A stretch of DNA of 63,514 bases, filler included, from Octopus bimaculoides (lineage: Eukaryota): NCBI RefSeq assembly GCF_001194135.2. It is 6 parts of 6 records of this genome, joined end to end, with 100 filler letters (N's around TTAATTAATTAA, not from the genome) between each part and the next. Parts side by side here need not be neighbours in the genome. Positions count along the whole stretch, not along the records: positions 1 to 28,324 come from NC_068984.1; positions 28,425 to 44,150 come from NC_068988.1; 4 more parts are not named here. One strand, given 5' to 3'. The position numbers were made by a program, and so were the translations under genes. Every line of letters begins with the position of its first letter. Within the stretch, counting starts at the first letter, position 1. Positions 21,497 through 33,619 of this stretch are shown here, piece after piece. The notes under the pieces are model-generated. The model searched no databases and was not told the origin of the DNA. It saw nothing but the letters and a program-made list of their open reading frames with translations.

Positions 21497-22636
21497 CTAT
21501 TTAAATGTACATAATATCAAAAGAAAACCGGAAGAAAAACATTGCTTGATACTCGATAGGAATTAGGATAAACAGCAATTTACATGAAGTTCTAAACATT
21601 GGTTAACTGTTATCTCATTCGAAATTATAATTTTTCAATACATGTATGTATGTATGTATGTATGTATGTACCTGTAGATCACTAAATGAGAAGCTGAATT
21701 GAAAAAATATAATTCTAAGAACATAAAAGCGTGATTAAAGTGGGGTAATCAAACGATAGAATTTCTTTCTCCCCCCCCCCTATTTTATGCATTGATTTTA
21801 ATAATTTTTTTTTTTTAAAGACTACAGAAAAGCTCATAAAGAGTTAACTGGGTAGTCATTTTCGTGTAATTACCCCTATACCATAATCAATAGGACAATT
21901 ATTGATTTCTTAACATAGGTGCAAAACGACAAAATGGAGATGAGTGTGATGCAGTTATTTACTCGGTTTAATTCATCCCTTAGAAGAAAACGGCTTTATT
22001 TTAGCGATATTTGAACTCAGAATACTCATTTAATCTTTGATCATTTTGGATGTGGATCACACGTATTAACAAAATCAATTTGTTTGGTTGATTCTGCCTT
22101 TTGTTTCGATATCAGATTCTATCGCAAAATCTATTTCTCGGTTTTCTGCTACTGAAAAATAGCAACATTCGACTTAGTTTTAACAGGTCATCAAACTTTC
22201 TTACTATCTGTTGTTTTGTTTTGTTTCTGACGGTGTGAAACGGAGATTTAACTTAAGTGTTTTTTCATGCATATCAGAGAAAACAAAAACAAAAAGTATA
22301 TAAAACTTACTCATCTACTGTTCAGCTTTATAATAGCAGTCATACACAGAATAAATAATTAAAATCTAAAATTCATTTGTTCAGACAATAGATTGTAAGG
22401 AAGCTAAACCCGGGTTCCTTAAAAATGACCCGAATACCTTAATCGGAGATTGATATTTCGATGCCAGGATTGAGGTTAAACAACGACAAAATACATCCAG
22501 AATATTAAAAAAAAAAAGCAAAGGCAAAGATAAAATCAACTAATTTTTGAAACCTTATCGTTAGCATCCATATGTCAATAAAGGATTGTCGTAGTTATTT
22601 GAATGTGTTAGCAGTATCACAAAACTGAATCCTCAC

Positions 22637-22698
22637 CTGCTGAACTTTGTACACCATATAAACTACTGCTTGTGATTGTATTGAGTAAATAGTCGTAA
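22637..22698 (-). CDS. candidate 62-nt exon
   Basis: Good acceptor gtcccttctttcag| and donor CAG|gtgagg. Two open frames: YDYLLNTITSSSLYGVQSSA or (V)TTIYSIQSQAVVYMVYKVQQ. Confidence 0.22.
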
Positions 22699-24357
22699 CT
22701 GAAAGAAGGGACGGCTTTGAATACTCTTGCATCGGCCCTTTCCAAGAGACATACCACCTCACCATCATTAGTGATATGAGGGCTGTGATGGAATGTTACC
22801 ATGAAAACTTGTTAAGTTTTACCCTGTCGTTATTTAGCAGAAATCTCAGATTAAGGAGATCTTTGATCAAAGCCTTCCAACCATAGCTATCTTATTTTAT
22901 TTTCAGACAATGCACCTATATCAACATTATCCACTCTTTTTTATTATTAATTTGAAGGCCATGTGTGATTTTATGAAAATTTGAAAGCCATTCCTTGCTT
23001 GTTCGCACAACTATGACACCACAGATTGACTAGAGTAGAGTTGTAGATAACTATCGAACAGATATTAGTTACCGAACTGATGCTGCAAGAATTTCTCAGG
23101 TTCATTTGTGTGAAGTTAATCAAATGGTAATGAGCCACCCAGTTCATACAAATCCCAAATTGCTATTTGTAAGGTCTACTTAGATAAAAGATTCAGAATG
23201 CTTTGTTTCGGGAATGAAAAGTCTACATGCAATAAATTTTATTGGAATTTTATCGATTAGGGATACCGTATGTGTACAACAAGAATCGCAACTTTCTCCT
23301 CTTCATCTTTCCCGATCATCAACTAGCAAGTTGAAATTTACACCATCTTTTACTTTATCCTTTACTTAATGTTACTTAACAACTCCCTTCATGATTTATA
23401 CTACTTACATAAAAAAGGATAAAATACAATTTAAACTATAAACGGGGGACTAGAAGAAACCAAGATAAAGCAAAATAAAATATAAAAAAATGAACTGCAG
23501 ATATTTATAAAATGCAATATCGCATTAACCGACAGTAGTGAGGCTTAAGCAAGAGATCTTGGTTCAAAAATACAGTTTAAAAAATATTTTGAAAAATGTC
23601 AACTCTTCTATGAACAAAATCGATTTTATCTTCAGCCTAAAGAAAAACTGCCGGAAATTAAGCAAAAGAAGACTGAAACAATAAACAAGTGAAAAGAAGA
23701 TGAAAGAGGTCTAAGAAACAATGGGTAACGATAAATAAACAACATAAGAGAGTGTTGAGGATAGAAGAGAAACATTCCGAAGTAGAAGGTTGGCAGATGT
23801 AACAATAAAAGAAATCCTCAAAGAAGTTAATTCAAATTATCAATTGGAAAGCTCCTAGTATTGATAAATTGTTTAACTTCTGACTCAAACATTTAACAAA
23901 TGCACAAAGCAAAGTTTATAATGCCACCATTAAGAGGAATGCTTTAAGACAGCTACTCTTACTTTATATAAGTAAATACAGATAATTTAAGGAATGTAAA
24001 AAAGAAAAAAAATGGATCAGCTTTTTTAACAGATTTTTTTTTGTCAATCATCAACGTCATGTGTCGTTTGCTTTCAATAAGTTCAATACCATGGCCCACT
24101 ATTTCAGTCTCTTTTATGGTATCTTTATACATTCACTGTATTTTGATTCACACCGATTCTTGATATTATCCGACCGCATAATTCTTACTTCCCTCTTCCT
24201 CTCCTACCATTCCTTCCGAAAACTCTTTTTTTTTTGTCTTTTTTCATATAAGGGAGAGTCCAAATTATTTTACTTTTCTCTCTTCGGTAGCGTCACGTAT
24301 TTTTACAACGAAAATTTTTAAAAAATCATCTTCCTCATCGTCGTCGTCGTTGTTATT

Positions 24358-24575
24358 AAGGAGACGAACTGGCGGAATTGTTACTGCACCAAACAAAATA
24401 CTATGCGGCATTTCTTCCGACTTTACGATCAGATGCTGCCGAGGTTGACTCTGCTTTTCATCCTTTCAGGGTCGATAAAATAAGTACCAGTTCAGTAATG
24501 GAATCGATGTAACCGACTTGTTCCCTTCCCCCAAATTTCAGGCCTTGTGCCTATATTTGAAACAATTATTATTAT
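24358..24575 (+). mobile_element. SINE family A, diverged
   Basis: aaggagacgaactggcggaattgtta...gcttttcatcctttcagggtcgataaaataagtaccag...caggccttgtgcc, with an att tail. Confidence 0.85.
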
Positions 24576-24899
24576 GACATAAATCTATCTTTCGCAATTT
24601 ATTATTCCAATTTTACATTTCTTTTGCAAACTCGCGGGCCCCACTCTATCGTTTCATTCAGAAGTGACAGAAAAAGTATTTTGATAAGTCCTTTAAATCA
24701 ATAAGTTTTAAAACTTTCTCTGCACAAATCACGTGTTTTATCAACGAGTAGAATAATTAAGAAATACTTTAAACTTAGATTCCTCTTAATGTCAATTTAA
24801 ATTGAAGCTGAAATTTTAAACACTGCAAAGAAACAGCAAAGAATAATGGGATTTTGAAACAAGCAATAACTGGAATAAAGAGAAAGCCATATGAATAAT

Positions 24900-25290
24900 C
24901 TTTTATCTTTTTCTTGTTTCAGTTACTGGACTGCAGCCATGCTGGAGTGCTTCTTTAAAAGGATTTGATAGAGCAGATCGATACCAGTGTTTACTTTTGG
25001 AGTTTAGTACTTTTTGACTGATCTCATTTTGTCTAGCCGCTAGGTTGCGACGTAACTCAACACTAGGTGCCAAGCAATGATGAGGCCAAAACACAAACAC
25101 AAAGACACACACATACACAAATAAATACATATTTATATAGGCGCAGGTGTGGCTATGTGGTAAGAAATTTGCTTCCCAACCACATGGTTTCCGGTTCAGT
25201 CGCACTGCGTAGTACCTTGAGCAAGTGTCTTCTACTATAGCCTCGGGCCAAAGCCTTGTGAGTGCAAAACTGAAAGAAGCTCGTCGCTTA
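24900..25290. mobile_element. two SINE family B pieces: 3' part on minus (24900-25135) and head on plus (25139-25290)
   Basis: gtttcagttactggactgcagccatgctggag..., then aggcgcaggtgtggctatgtggtaag...ccttgagcaagtgtcttctactatagcctcggg. Confidence 0.85.
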
Positions 25291-25574
25291 TGCCTAAGCA
25301 TCGCTTGGTGCTGATACTGCTAAGTTTCTTCCGATCTGGCGGTCAAACGGCGCAACTCAGTCAATGTTGTTGACTGTGTTTTTGATGAAGCTACGACTTC
25401 AATTCTGTCCAGAGTTGTCTCTCTTCGGTATTTCCCGTTGATAACGGGTAATCCGACAGACATGGTGTTTTTACACCTTCTTACTATTTGAGAGAATTTT
25501 TTTCCACGGTAATTGTAATGAACTTGCCTTTAGAAGTTGAAATATGTCACAAACATATTTTAACCAGCCTAAAG

Positions 25575-25638
<64 letters not shown>

Positions 25639-25829
25639 NNNNNNNNNNNNNNNNNNNNNNNNNNNNNNNNNNNNNNNNNNNNNNNNNNNNNNNNNNNNNN
25701 NNNNNNNNNNNNNNNNNNNNNNNNNNNNNNNNNNNNNNNNNNNNNNNNNNNNNNNNNNNNNNNNNNNNNNNNNNNNNNNNNNNNNNNNNNNNNNNNNNNN
25801 NNNNNNNNNNNNNNNNNNNNNNNNNNAAA

Positions 25830-26090
25830 AAACAACAAAGTGAGGACGTGATATGGATAGTATTATTGGACGCTCAGGAAAGGAAAGAGAGAGTGTATGA
25901 CGTTTCGGGCGTAGCCCTTCGTCGGAAAGATGGAAAGTTCGGAGAATGGAAGAACGGAGAAAGAGGAAAATGGTGCCGATGCCCACGAGGTTACATGATG
26001 AAAGGATTATCAATTCATTAATAATTAATAATTTTTACCAAGCCCTTCGGTATAATAGCACCATTATCGGTGAAGAACTTATTTAAAAGT
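25830..26090 (-). mobile_element. Penelope-like element terminal-repeat fragment carrying a hammerhead-like motif
   Basis: Minus strand tccgacgaagggctacgcccgaaacgtca at 25898-25926 resembles the ctgaNgaagg...ccgaaacgtc motif of PLE termini. 25995-26090 is shared, in the opposite orientation, with 43615-43730. Confidence 0.55.
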
Positions 26091-26317
26091 TCATCTCCCA
26101 CATAATTTCCGTCTACCAAATTCTCTCACATGGAATTGGTCTGTCTGGAACCCGAAACCATGTGGTTGCAAAGCAAGCTTCTTGACTACCACAGCAAGCT
26201 TCTTAACTACACAACCGTGTCAAAAACAATTAATAACAGAAGCAATGAAAAGTAGGAACTGGGTATGATGATGGTTATTTTTAGCTGTTGTTGGCGTTGT
26301 CATTATTATTGTTTAGT

Positions 26318-26702
26318 GGAGGCGCAATGGCCCAGTGGTTAGAGCAGCGGACTCGCGGTCATAGGATCGCGGTTTCGATTCCCAGACTGGGCGTTGTGAG
26401 TGTTTATTGAGCGAAAACACCTAAAGCTCCACGAGGCTCCGGCAGGGGATGGTGGCGACCCCTGCTGTACTCTTTCACCACAACTTTCTCTCAGTCTTTC
26501 TTCCTGTTTCTATTGTACCTGTAATTGAAAGGGTCAGCCTTGTCACACTGTGTCACGCTGAATATCCCTGAGAACTACATTAAGGGTACACGTGTCTATG
26601 GAGTGCTCAGCTACTTGCACGTTAATTTCACGGGCAGGCTGTTCCGTTGATCGGATCAAATGGAACCCTCGACGTCGTAAGCGACGGAGTGCCAACAACA
26701 GC
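26318..26702 (+). mobile_element. SINE family C, full-length (about 385 bp), tRNA-derived head
   Basis: A-box tggcccagtgg, B-box-like ggtttcgattccc, 3' end gacgtcgtaagcgacggagtgcc(aac)n. A second copy lies at 38432-38812. Confidence 0.9.
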
Positions 26703-26829
26703 ATTATTATTGTTTAATTCCAAGCTTACTCTAATTAAGTAAACTAGAGGCTGCATCGAAGGCTTGTTTAGTCCCTGTCCAGCCTTCAACGAGCAGACTC
26801 ATGATTTGAGGAATTTCAGATATGACCAC

Positions 26830-26950
26830 CTCGACCTTTCTTTTTTTTTCTTTCTTTTTTTTTCTTTCTTTTTTTTTCTTTCTTTTTTTTTCTTTCTTTT
26901 TTTTTCTTTCTTTTTTTTTCTTTCTTTTTTTTCTTTCTTTTTTTTTTTTT
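26830..26950. repeat. T-rich low-complexity (CTTTTTTTT)n-like tract
   Basis: Directly visible. Confidence 0.9.
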
Positions 26951-28324
26951 TAAGTCACCGCACACTTGTGCTACGCTATGTAGCTAGATGTCTGTGTGTC
27001 ATTTATTAAGTAAAGAAGTATATGATAATTTTCTGTAGTTTGAATTATATATAAATATTTGTTTTCATATTTATAAATATATGGGAATAACTTTTTGCAC
27101 ACATTTTTAGATTTAAAAAGATTCACTTGTACATAAAGATATTTTTATTTGCTCTAAAATGTGACGCGAGAAAAAATGGTTTGGTAAAACTGAGGTAAAT
27201 TTCAGGGAAATTTAGCTGTTATTTCTTGCAGGGTGAGTGACTGCGTGACACTCCTTTGTTGGTTCAGTCTCCCTCGGTTCTATTTAAAAAAGAAAAAACT
27301 GTAGAGAGGAGGGATAACAAAAAAAAAAAAAGAAAAGAAAAACTATTTTGTCTCTACATCCTTTTCATTAAATAACAATGTTTGGATGAATCTTTAGCAC
27401 GACAGAGAAAGAAGACGTGCTAACCAACATCAGTCAACGGCTTATTGAAGCATAGCGTGACAGCTGCGACAATGTACAATGTTCAGTACATGGGGAAGGC
27501 AACTACAATATAGTGTATAGTTAGTTGTATGACTGTACATTTGGCGGAGCTGCTACGCCATGCTTCGATTAGCAGTTGGTTGACGTTGAAGAGGGATACC
27601 TTTCCCTGTCATGTTAAAGTTTCACCAAACATGTCATCAAATATCTGTTTTTGTTGTTATTTGTTTAGTCGCATGTCAACCCTGATTGGCCAGATCTATG
27701 ATGAAAGACATTCCAGCCCTCTGCTATATCTAACGCTACACTCTCCGACGTTCCCTTCTGTCTTGAGACGGTTAGGCGTTATTTGACAGAATTAGGCTGC
27801 TGTTTATGTAGATATTTAGAAACACAAATAGCATTAACATCGAGAAAAAGTCCCATGATATCCACCGTTCCTGTATGTTTCCAAAGAATCTACCTGCATA
27901 AAATTGTGGAAGAATAGAATGGTAAATATTCCACCAATATTAGATATGAAGATTGAATCAGCAGAAAATTTGTGAGAGCCCATAGGGAATGCACAGAAAT
28001 GCCTTAATCGACTCGCCTTTGGTTTTGGCCTAATCACACACAACCAAACTGAATTGAGGGACGTAATATGGAATTTTCCTTTCTATTACCGTGGAACAGT
28101 TAAAACCATGAGTCACCTATTGGGTTTTTCCATTATTGGATATTCTCTTTGTTGTTTCGATGATTTGAGAAATAACACCAACATTGCAGAAAAACAAAAC
28201 TGGTTTAATTTAGATACAAAATAATAACCAAACATGAATTGCTACCTACGATTTGAAAGTGTTGTCGTTACAAAAATGTTCTTCTATAGCTACAAAAGTT
28301 TGTGAAGTGTAACACCCCCCCCCC

Positions 28325-28424
28325 NNNNNNNNNNNNNNNNNNNNNNNNNNNNNNNNNNNNNNNNNNNNTTAATTAATTAANNNNNNNNNNNNNNNNNNNN
28401 NNNNNNNNNNNNNNNNNNNNNNNN
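28325..28424. other. assembly scaffold-join spacer N44-TTAATTAATTAA-N44 (also 44151-44250, 50116-50215, 58842-58941, 62388-62487)
   Basis: Five identical 100-bp structures, each with a 12-mer that places stop codons in all six frames. Not biological. Confidence 0.95.
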
Positions 28425-28590
28425 GGCGTGAACGATCAGATCACAGAATACCGGAAATATAAGTTCTGCTGGGCCGAACATATTACAAGACTCACAGACA
28501 ACAGGTAGACCGTTGCATTGGCCTAGTTGTATCCAACAGATTGGAAAGGACCATTCTGAAGGCCTGCACAACGATGGGGAGATGATTTAT
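28425..28590 (+). mobile_element. RTE-clade LINE C-terminal fragment
   Basis: GVNDQITEYRKYKFCWAEHITRLTDNR*TVALA*LYPTDWKGPF*RPAQRWGDD resembles RTE K..WAGHV.R..D.RW...W.P...KR..GRP..RW.D. Confidence 0.75.
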
Positions 28591-28660
28591 TTTTACCACA
28601 CAGCCACGCCTGTACCTATATACCTATATATCTATATACATATGTTCGTGTGTGTAAGTG

Positions 28661-28691
<31 letters not shown>

Positions 28692-29498
28692 GTGTGTTTA
28701 TGTGTGTGTAGTGTGTGTGTAGTGTGTGTGTGTGTGTATATATATAAGGTATATACACACACACCGTTATTTACAGTAATAATTGCCGTTATTTACAGTA
28801 ATAATAAGGTGGCTCGCAAGTTCACAACTTTACAGTCACAATATAAAGTAATTTAAGATTAGATAGGGCATATAATACCACTTGCTAATATCAGAGCCGT
28901 TGCTCGGAAAACCACCATAAAAATTACGATAAAGATACACACGACCAATGCAACGAACACTTCAGAAATAGGCTCACCCTTGCTTGGAATACATGGATAA
29001 ATTATACATATTTCAATACCATTTGACTTCACGTTTTGCATGACAAATATGCCTTGCGATCTTCAGTTGAAAACAGTATTTAACATCTATTTCTAAAATA
29101 TTCACACCCACACATATATCTATGGAACTCGTTTCATTATATTAAATTTCTTTTTTGTTTCTTCAATTTCCTTCCATAGTTTATGTTCTTTAACTTATGT
29201 ACACATATATGAAAGCACATATATGCAACAAGCAGAATAACGTTTAGTTAAGCAAGCCTCGAACCATTCACCTATCACATACGAAACAACACTTATCTCT
29301 AATGCCATAAAGCTGATTTCTTTTCAGGACTTGATTCAAATCACGGCAATTGACGTATTTTTGTTTCAGATTCGTGCTTTTAATGTCTGAAACTATTCAG
29401 GAACATTTTTATTAATTTTGTTTGGTAAATAAATACGTCTTTTCTTTTTCTTTTTTTTTTCCCCCCACAGAGTCCATCTTTATCGCAATACGACTCAC

Positions 29499-29629
29499 CA
29501 TGATACGATAATATATGCCACAAAATCTGTGTTAAATATTCATAGATTACGAATAGATTTATAAATGTGAATGATGGAATATGCTGTCGTTGCTGATTAA
29601 GACCGAAGACTAAATATTCCACCAAAATT
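29499..29629 (-). CDS. candidate 131-nt exon (phase 2 to 1)
   Basis: gcatttacag| ... ATG|gtgagt. Only one frame is open: ILVEYLVFGLNQQRQHIPSFTFINLFVIYEYLTQILWHILSYH. Confidence 0.18.
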
Positions 29630-29759
29630 CTGTAAATGCTTTAGCTTGTTATTTGAAAGTTGATGACCAGCAGAAAAAAACATTTCTTTATCATATTCCC
29701 AATTGCTACGCACCCCACCCCACCTCGCTTGTATATATCACCATGTAGTTTGGTCTGTA

Positions 29760-29760
29760 T

Positions 29761-29801
<41 letters not shown>

Positions 29802-30482
29802 ACATACTCTCTCTACCTCATTCTTTCTCCTTCTCTCTCTCTGTCTCTCTTTCTCTCACACATACTCTCATTTTTTCTCTCTCAAGCTCTTTCTTTCTCT
29901 GTCTGTCTGTCTGTTTCAGTCCCTCTTTCTCTCACACATATTCTCTCCCTTTCTCTCTCCCTCCCTCTCGCTTTCCCTCTCTCTCCTCTCTCTCTCTCCC
30001 TCTTTCCCTCTCCTTCATTCTCTCTCTGTCTCTTTCTCCCAAACATACTCTCTTTATTTTTCTCTCTCTTTCTCTGTCTGTCTGTATGTCTCAGTCTCTC
30101 TCTCTCACACATACTCTCTCTTTCTCTCTCCCTCACCCTCTCTCCTTCTCTCTCTCCTCTCTCCACCTATTTCCCCTATCTCTCTCCTCTCTCTCCCTCT
30201 TTCACTCTCTCTTCTCTCTCTCTTTCTTTCTCTCTCTCTCCCTCACTCTCTCTGTCCCTCACTCTCTCTCCTCTGTCTCTCTCTGTCTCTCTCTGTCTCT
30301 CTCAGTCTCTCTTTCTCTCACATACACTCTCTTTCTCTCTCTCTCCCTCACTGTCTCTCCTTCTCTCTCTCCACCTATTTCTTCCTATCTCTCTCCTCCT
30401 CCTCCTCCTCTCTCTCCACCTATTTCTTCCTATCTCTCTCCTCCTCCTCCTCCTCCTCCTCCTCTCTCTCCCCCTCTCTCCA
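29760..30482. repeat. about 720-bp polypyrimidine (CT/TC)-rich tract with internal higher-order repeats
   Basis: Almost purine-free plus strand, with recurring sub-blocks such as ctctccacctatttcttcctatctctctcctcctcc and ctctcacacatactctc. Confidence 0.95.
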
Positions 30483-30544
30483 ACCTTGGTTAAATAACAG
30501 TGTAGAATGATCCGAATGTTGTATGGAATGAGAATCTTTTATCT

Positions 30545-30830
30545 TTTCCTTGTTTCAGCCATTAGGCTGCGGCCATGCTGGAGCACTGCTCGGAAGACTT
30601 TTTAGTCAAATGAACCGACGCCAGTACGTTTTTATTTTAAAGCCTGGTATTTATCCTACACTCTCTTTTGCCGAACCGCTAAGTTACGGGGACGTAATCA
30701 CACTAGCACCGGCCGACAAACACGCACCTACACACACACACACACATGCTCGCATACACGGTAGGCGTCTTTCGGCTTCCGTCTACCAAAACCAGTCACA
30801 GCTTGTAGAAGCCCAAGGGGTCACGCCTTT
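30545..30830 (-). mobile_element. SINE family B partial
   Basis: gtttcagccattaggctgcggccatgctggagcac...ttttgccgaaccgctaagttacggggacgtaa...ttccgtctaccaaa. Confidence 0.85.
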
Positions 30831-31049
30831 GAAGTGAGACCGAACACACGTGGTTTTTCCAGGTTTTCACTTTCCGAAAGAAATTGTCTGTGACTGGATC
30901 TGGAGAACGATGGACTCCACCAGGTCGAAAACCACCCCAATTATGCCGTTACTCTCCAATGTTGTCCCCAACAATTCCATCAAATAATTGAAGTCCCATG
31001 GTACGACATGGCATTTCATATCATTTAAACCGATCCAGTTTTAGCTTCA

Positions 31050-31640
31050 AATTTTTGTACAACGCCTGCAATTTTAAAGGAGTAGGGCAAGTCGGTTACA
31101 TCAACTCTGGTCTTTGACTGGTACTTATTTTATCGACCTCGAGAGGATGGGCTGCTAAGTCGACCTCGGCGGAATTTGAACTCAGAACGTGAAGACGGTC
31201 GAAATATTGGTTTCAAATTTTGGCACAAGGCCAGCAATACCGCTAAGCATTTCGGCCGGCGTGCTAACAATTCTGCCAACTCGCCGCCTTTAAAAATAAT
31301 AATAATAATAATCCTTTTTGCTAAAGGCACAAGGCCTGAAATTTGTGAGGAGGGAGCTAGTTAATTACTTCGATTTCCAGTACTCTGCTGGTACTTAATC
31401 TATTATCCCTGATGGGATGAAAGGCAAAGTCGGCCTCGGCGGAATTTGAACTGACGAAACGCCGCTGAGCATATCGCCCGGCGCGCTAACGATTCTGCCA
31501 GCTCACCGCCTTACTATAATAGAAAGGCAAAGTTGACCTTTTGTGGTGGGGTTTGATCTCAGAACACTAGGCTAACAGAAATAGCGTTAGGTACTTTGTC
31601 CAGCGTGCTAACGTTTCTGTCAGCTCAACGCCTCGGACCG
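31050..31640 (-). mobile_element. cluster of three or four SINE family A copies or fragments
   Basis: Repeated gtcgacctcggcggaatttgaactcagaac, gctaacgattctgccagctcaccgcctt and gatgaaaggcaaagt, all in the same orientation. Confidence 0.88.
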
Positions 31641-32712
31641 ATCCACTTATAAGAACGTATATAACAATAGCTCTCACTAAATCTAAATTATCTCTTTGAA
31701 ATTCCTCTAACCATTTCGATTGTTCCATTTTGTTCTGATCTGTTTTATGTTGTATTTTTTTTTTCTGTTTTGTGTTGTTACACTAGCATCTTTATACATT
31801 ATAGACTGTATTTTTGATTAAGTTATTCGTTTTTATTAATTGCATGATAAAAATATCGATGTTAATCTCATCAAATATACTCGCCATTGTTGTTACGTCT
31901 TATCTCTTTTTTACTTCGTCCATTTCTTACAGACTTAACCAGGAATTGCAACCCACTTTGATTATTCTCTTGTACATCTTCTTTACTCTTTCAACTGATC
32001 TTATCAAAAGATATGAAAAGAAAAATTGTACTTTTATTGTAAAATATTTTCTTTTTACTATTTTCTGATTGATTCTTACAATGATAATCTTTATTTTTTT
32101 TTTTCACATTTCTTCTTTTTTCTGCTGTAAATATGTTTTTCGCTATTTATCCTCTTTCCCCAAATTAAAAAAAAAATATTTATTTGTATGTATGTATGTA
32201 TGTATGTATGTACNNNNNNNNNNNNNNNNNNNNNNNNNNNNNNNNNNNNNNNNNNNNNNNNNNNNNNNNNNNNNNNNNNNNNNNNNNNNNNNNNNNNNNN
32301 NNNNNNNNNNNNNNNNNNNNNNNNNNNNNNNNNNNNNNNNNNNNNNNNNNNNNNNNNNNNNNNNNNNNNNNNNNNNNNNNNNNNNNNNNNNNNNNNNNNN
32401 NNNNNNNNNNNNNNNNNNNNNNNNNNNNNNNNNNNNNNNNNNNNNNNNNNNNNNNNNNNNNNNNNNNNNNNNNNNNNNNNNNNNNNNNNNNNNNNNNNNN
32501 NNNNNNNNNNNNNNNNNNNNNNNNNNNNNNNNNNNNNNNNNNNNNNNNNNNNNNNNNNNNNNNNNNNNNNNNNNNNNNNNNNNNNNNNNNNNNNNNNNNN
32601 NNNNNNNNNNNNNNNNNNNNNNNNNNNNNNNNNNNNNNNNNNNNNNNNNNNNNNNNNNNNNNNNNNNNNNNNNNNNNNNNNNNNNNNNNNNNNNNNNNNN
32701 NNNNNNNNNNNN

Positions 32713-32803
<91 letters not shown>

Positions 32804-33619
32804 TGTTTTGAAATGTTGAATATACGCGCGTGCATATGTACTTTAAACGAGTACACACTCGAACACGCTTTTTCAGACTGACATCGATAGGGAGAGACAC
32901 CTACACACGGTGGACTTGTGTGTGTATGTATGTATATATGTGCGTGTGTGGTTATGTTGTTGTGTATATTCTACTTCAATGTCTCAGTAAATATTGGTTA
33001 TAGTCGCAGAACTATGAGTCTTAAAGCCACCGTTATTATTCTTGTTAGGCTTCAACTCACCTACTAATTACATACCTTCACGTAGAGACAAACACTTATG
33101 TATCACTTGTGTCCATGTGTGTTTGCATGTGCGTGTGTTCGTGTGTGTGTATGTATGTGTAAGCACACGCACATATACATAGATATATATGTATGTACAC
33201 ACATATACATGTGTGTGCGTATTTAAATATATGAAGCCATAATGTGACTAAAGACTAAGAATAATAATGTGAACACATTCATTCTTTGCTGTTGATGAAC
33301 TGTAAAAATAAAGGAAGTCTCCTGAAAGACCGTTTCATGGCTTGTTGACCGCTCTTCAGAGAAGACGTACCGGATTTCCTTCCGTAATCAATAACACAGA
33401 GAAGCTGTATATAAATCAGACACACTTTCGGCTAGCACCAAAGTGGACGTGCTGACTTGTATCTATTCCACTTTAACGCTTGTAGTTCAATTCCAACCGA
33501 GGTCAGTTTTTCCTTGCATCCTGGGGTCGATGTAATCGACTATACCGTCCCTGACCATTTTTCGGGCCTTGTAGACAACATTAATCTACCATCGGGAATC
33601 GAGTACTAGTTTTTCTACT

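Noticed and set aside
22050-22151. Possible terminal exon VAENREIDFAIESDIETKGRINQTN* with a downstream AATAAA
   Set aside because: It is compatible with the alternative frame of the 22637-22698 candidate, but it conflicts with the longer chain and has no independent support.
25320-25560. CpG-rich stretch with open frames on both strands (MSVGLPVING... / VKRRNSVNVVDC...)
   Set aside because: No recognisable domain, no convincing splice-site pair, and the frames are short enough to be chance.
26318-26400. tRNA-like heads with A and B boxes (also 38432, 60976, 38224)
   Set aside because: They do not close a cloverleaf and continue into multi-copy SINE bodies, so they are not tRNA genes.
28369-28380. 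Palindromic TTAATTAATTAA recurring five times (28369, 44195, 50160, 58886, 62432)
   Set aside because: It is always centred in exactly 44+44 Ns, making a 100-bp unit with stops in all six frames. This is an assembly spacer, not a biological motif.
28859-29041. 60-aa ORF with a transmembrane-like stretch
   Set aside because: Hydrophobic residues are expected from T-rich sequence. No good donor and no homology.
29660-30497. 264-277 aa Ser/Leu-rich ORFs
   Set aside because: They are translations of the CT tract, which cannot contain stop codons.
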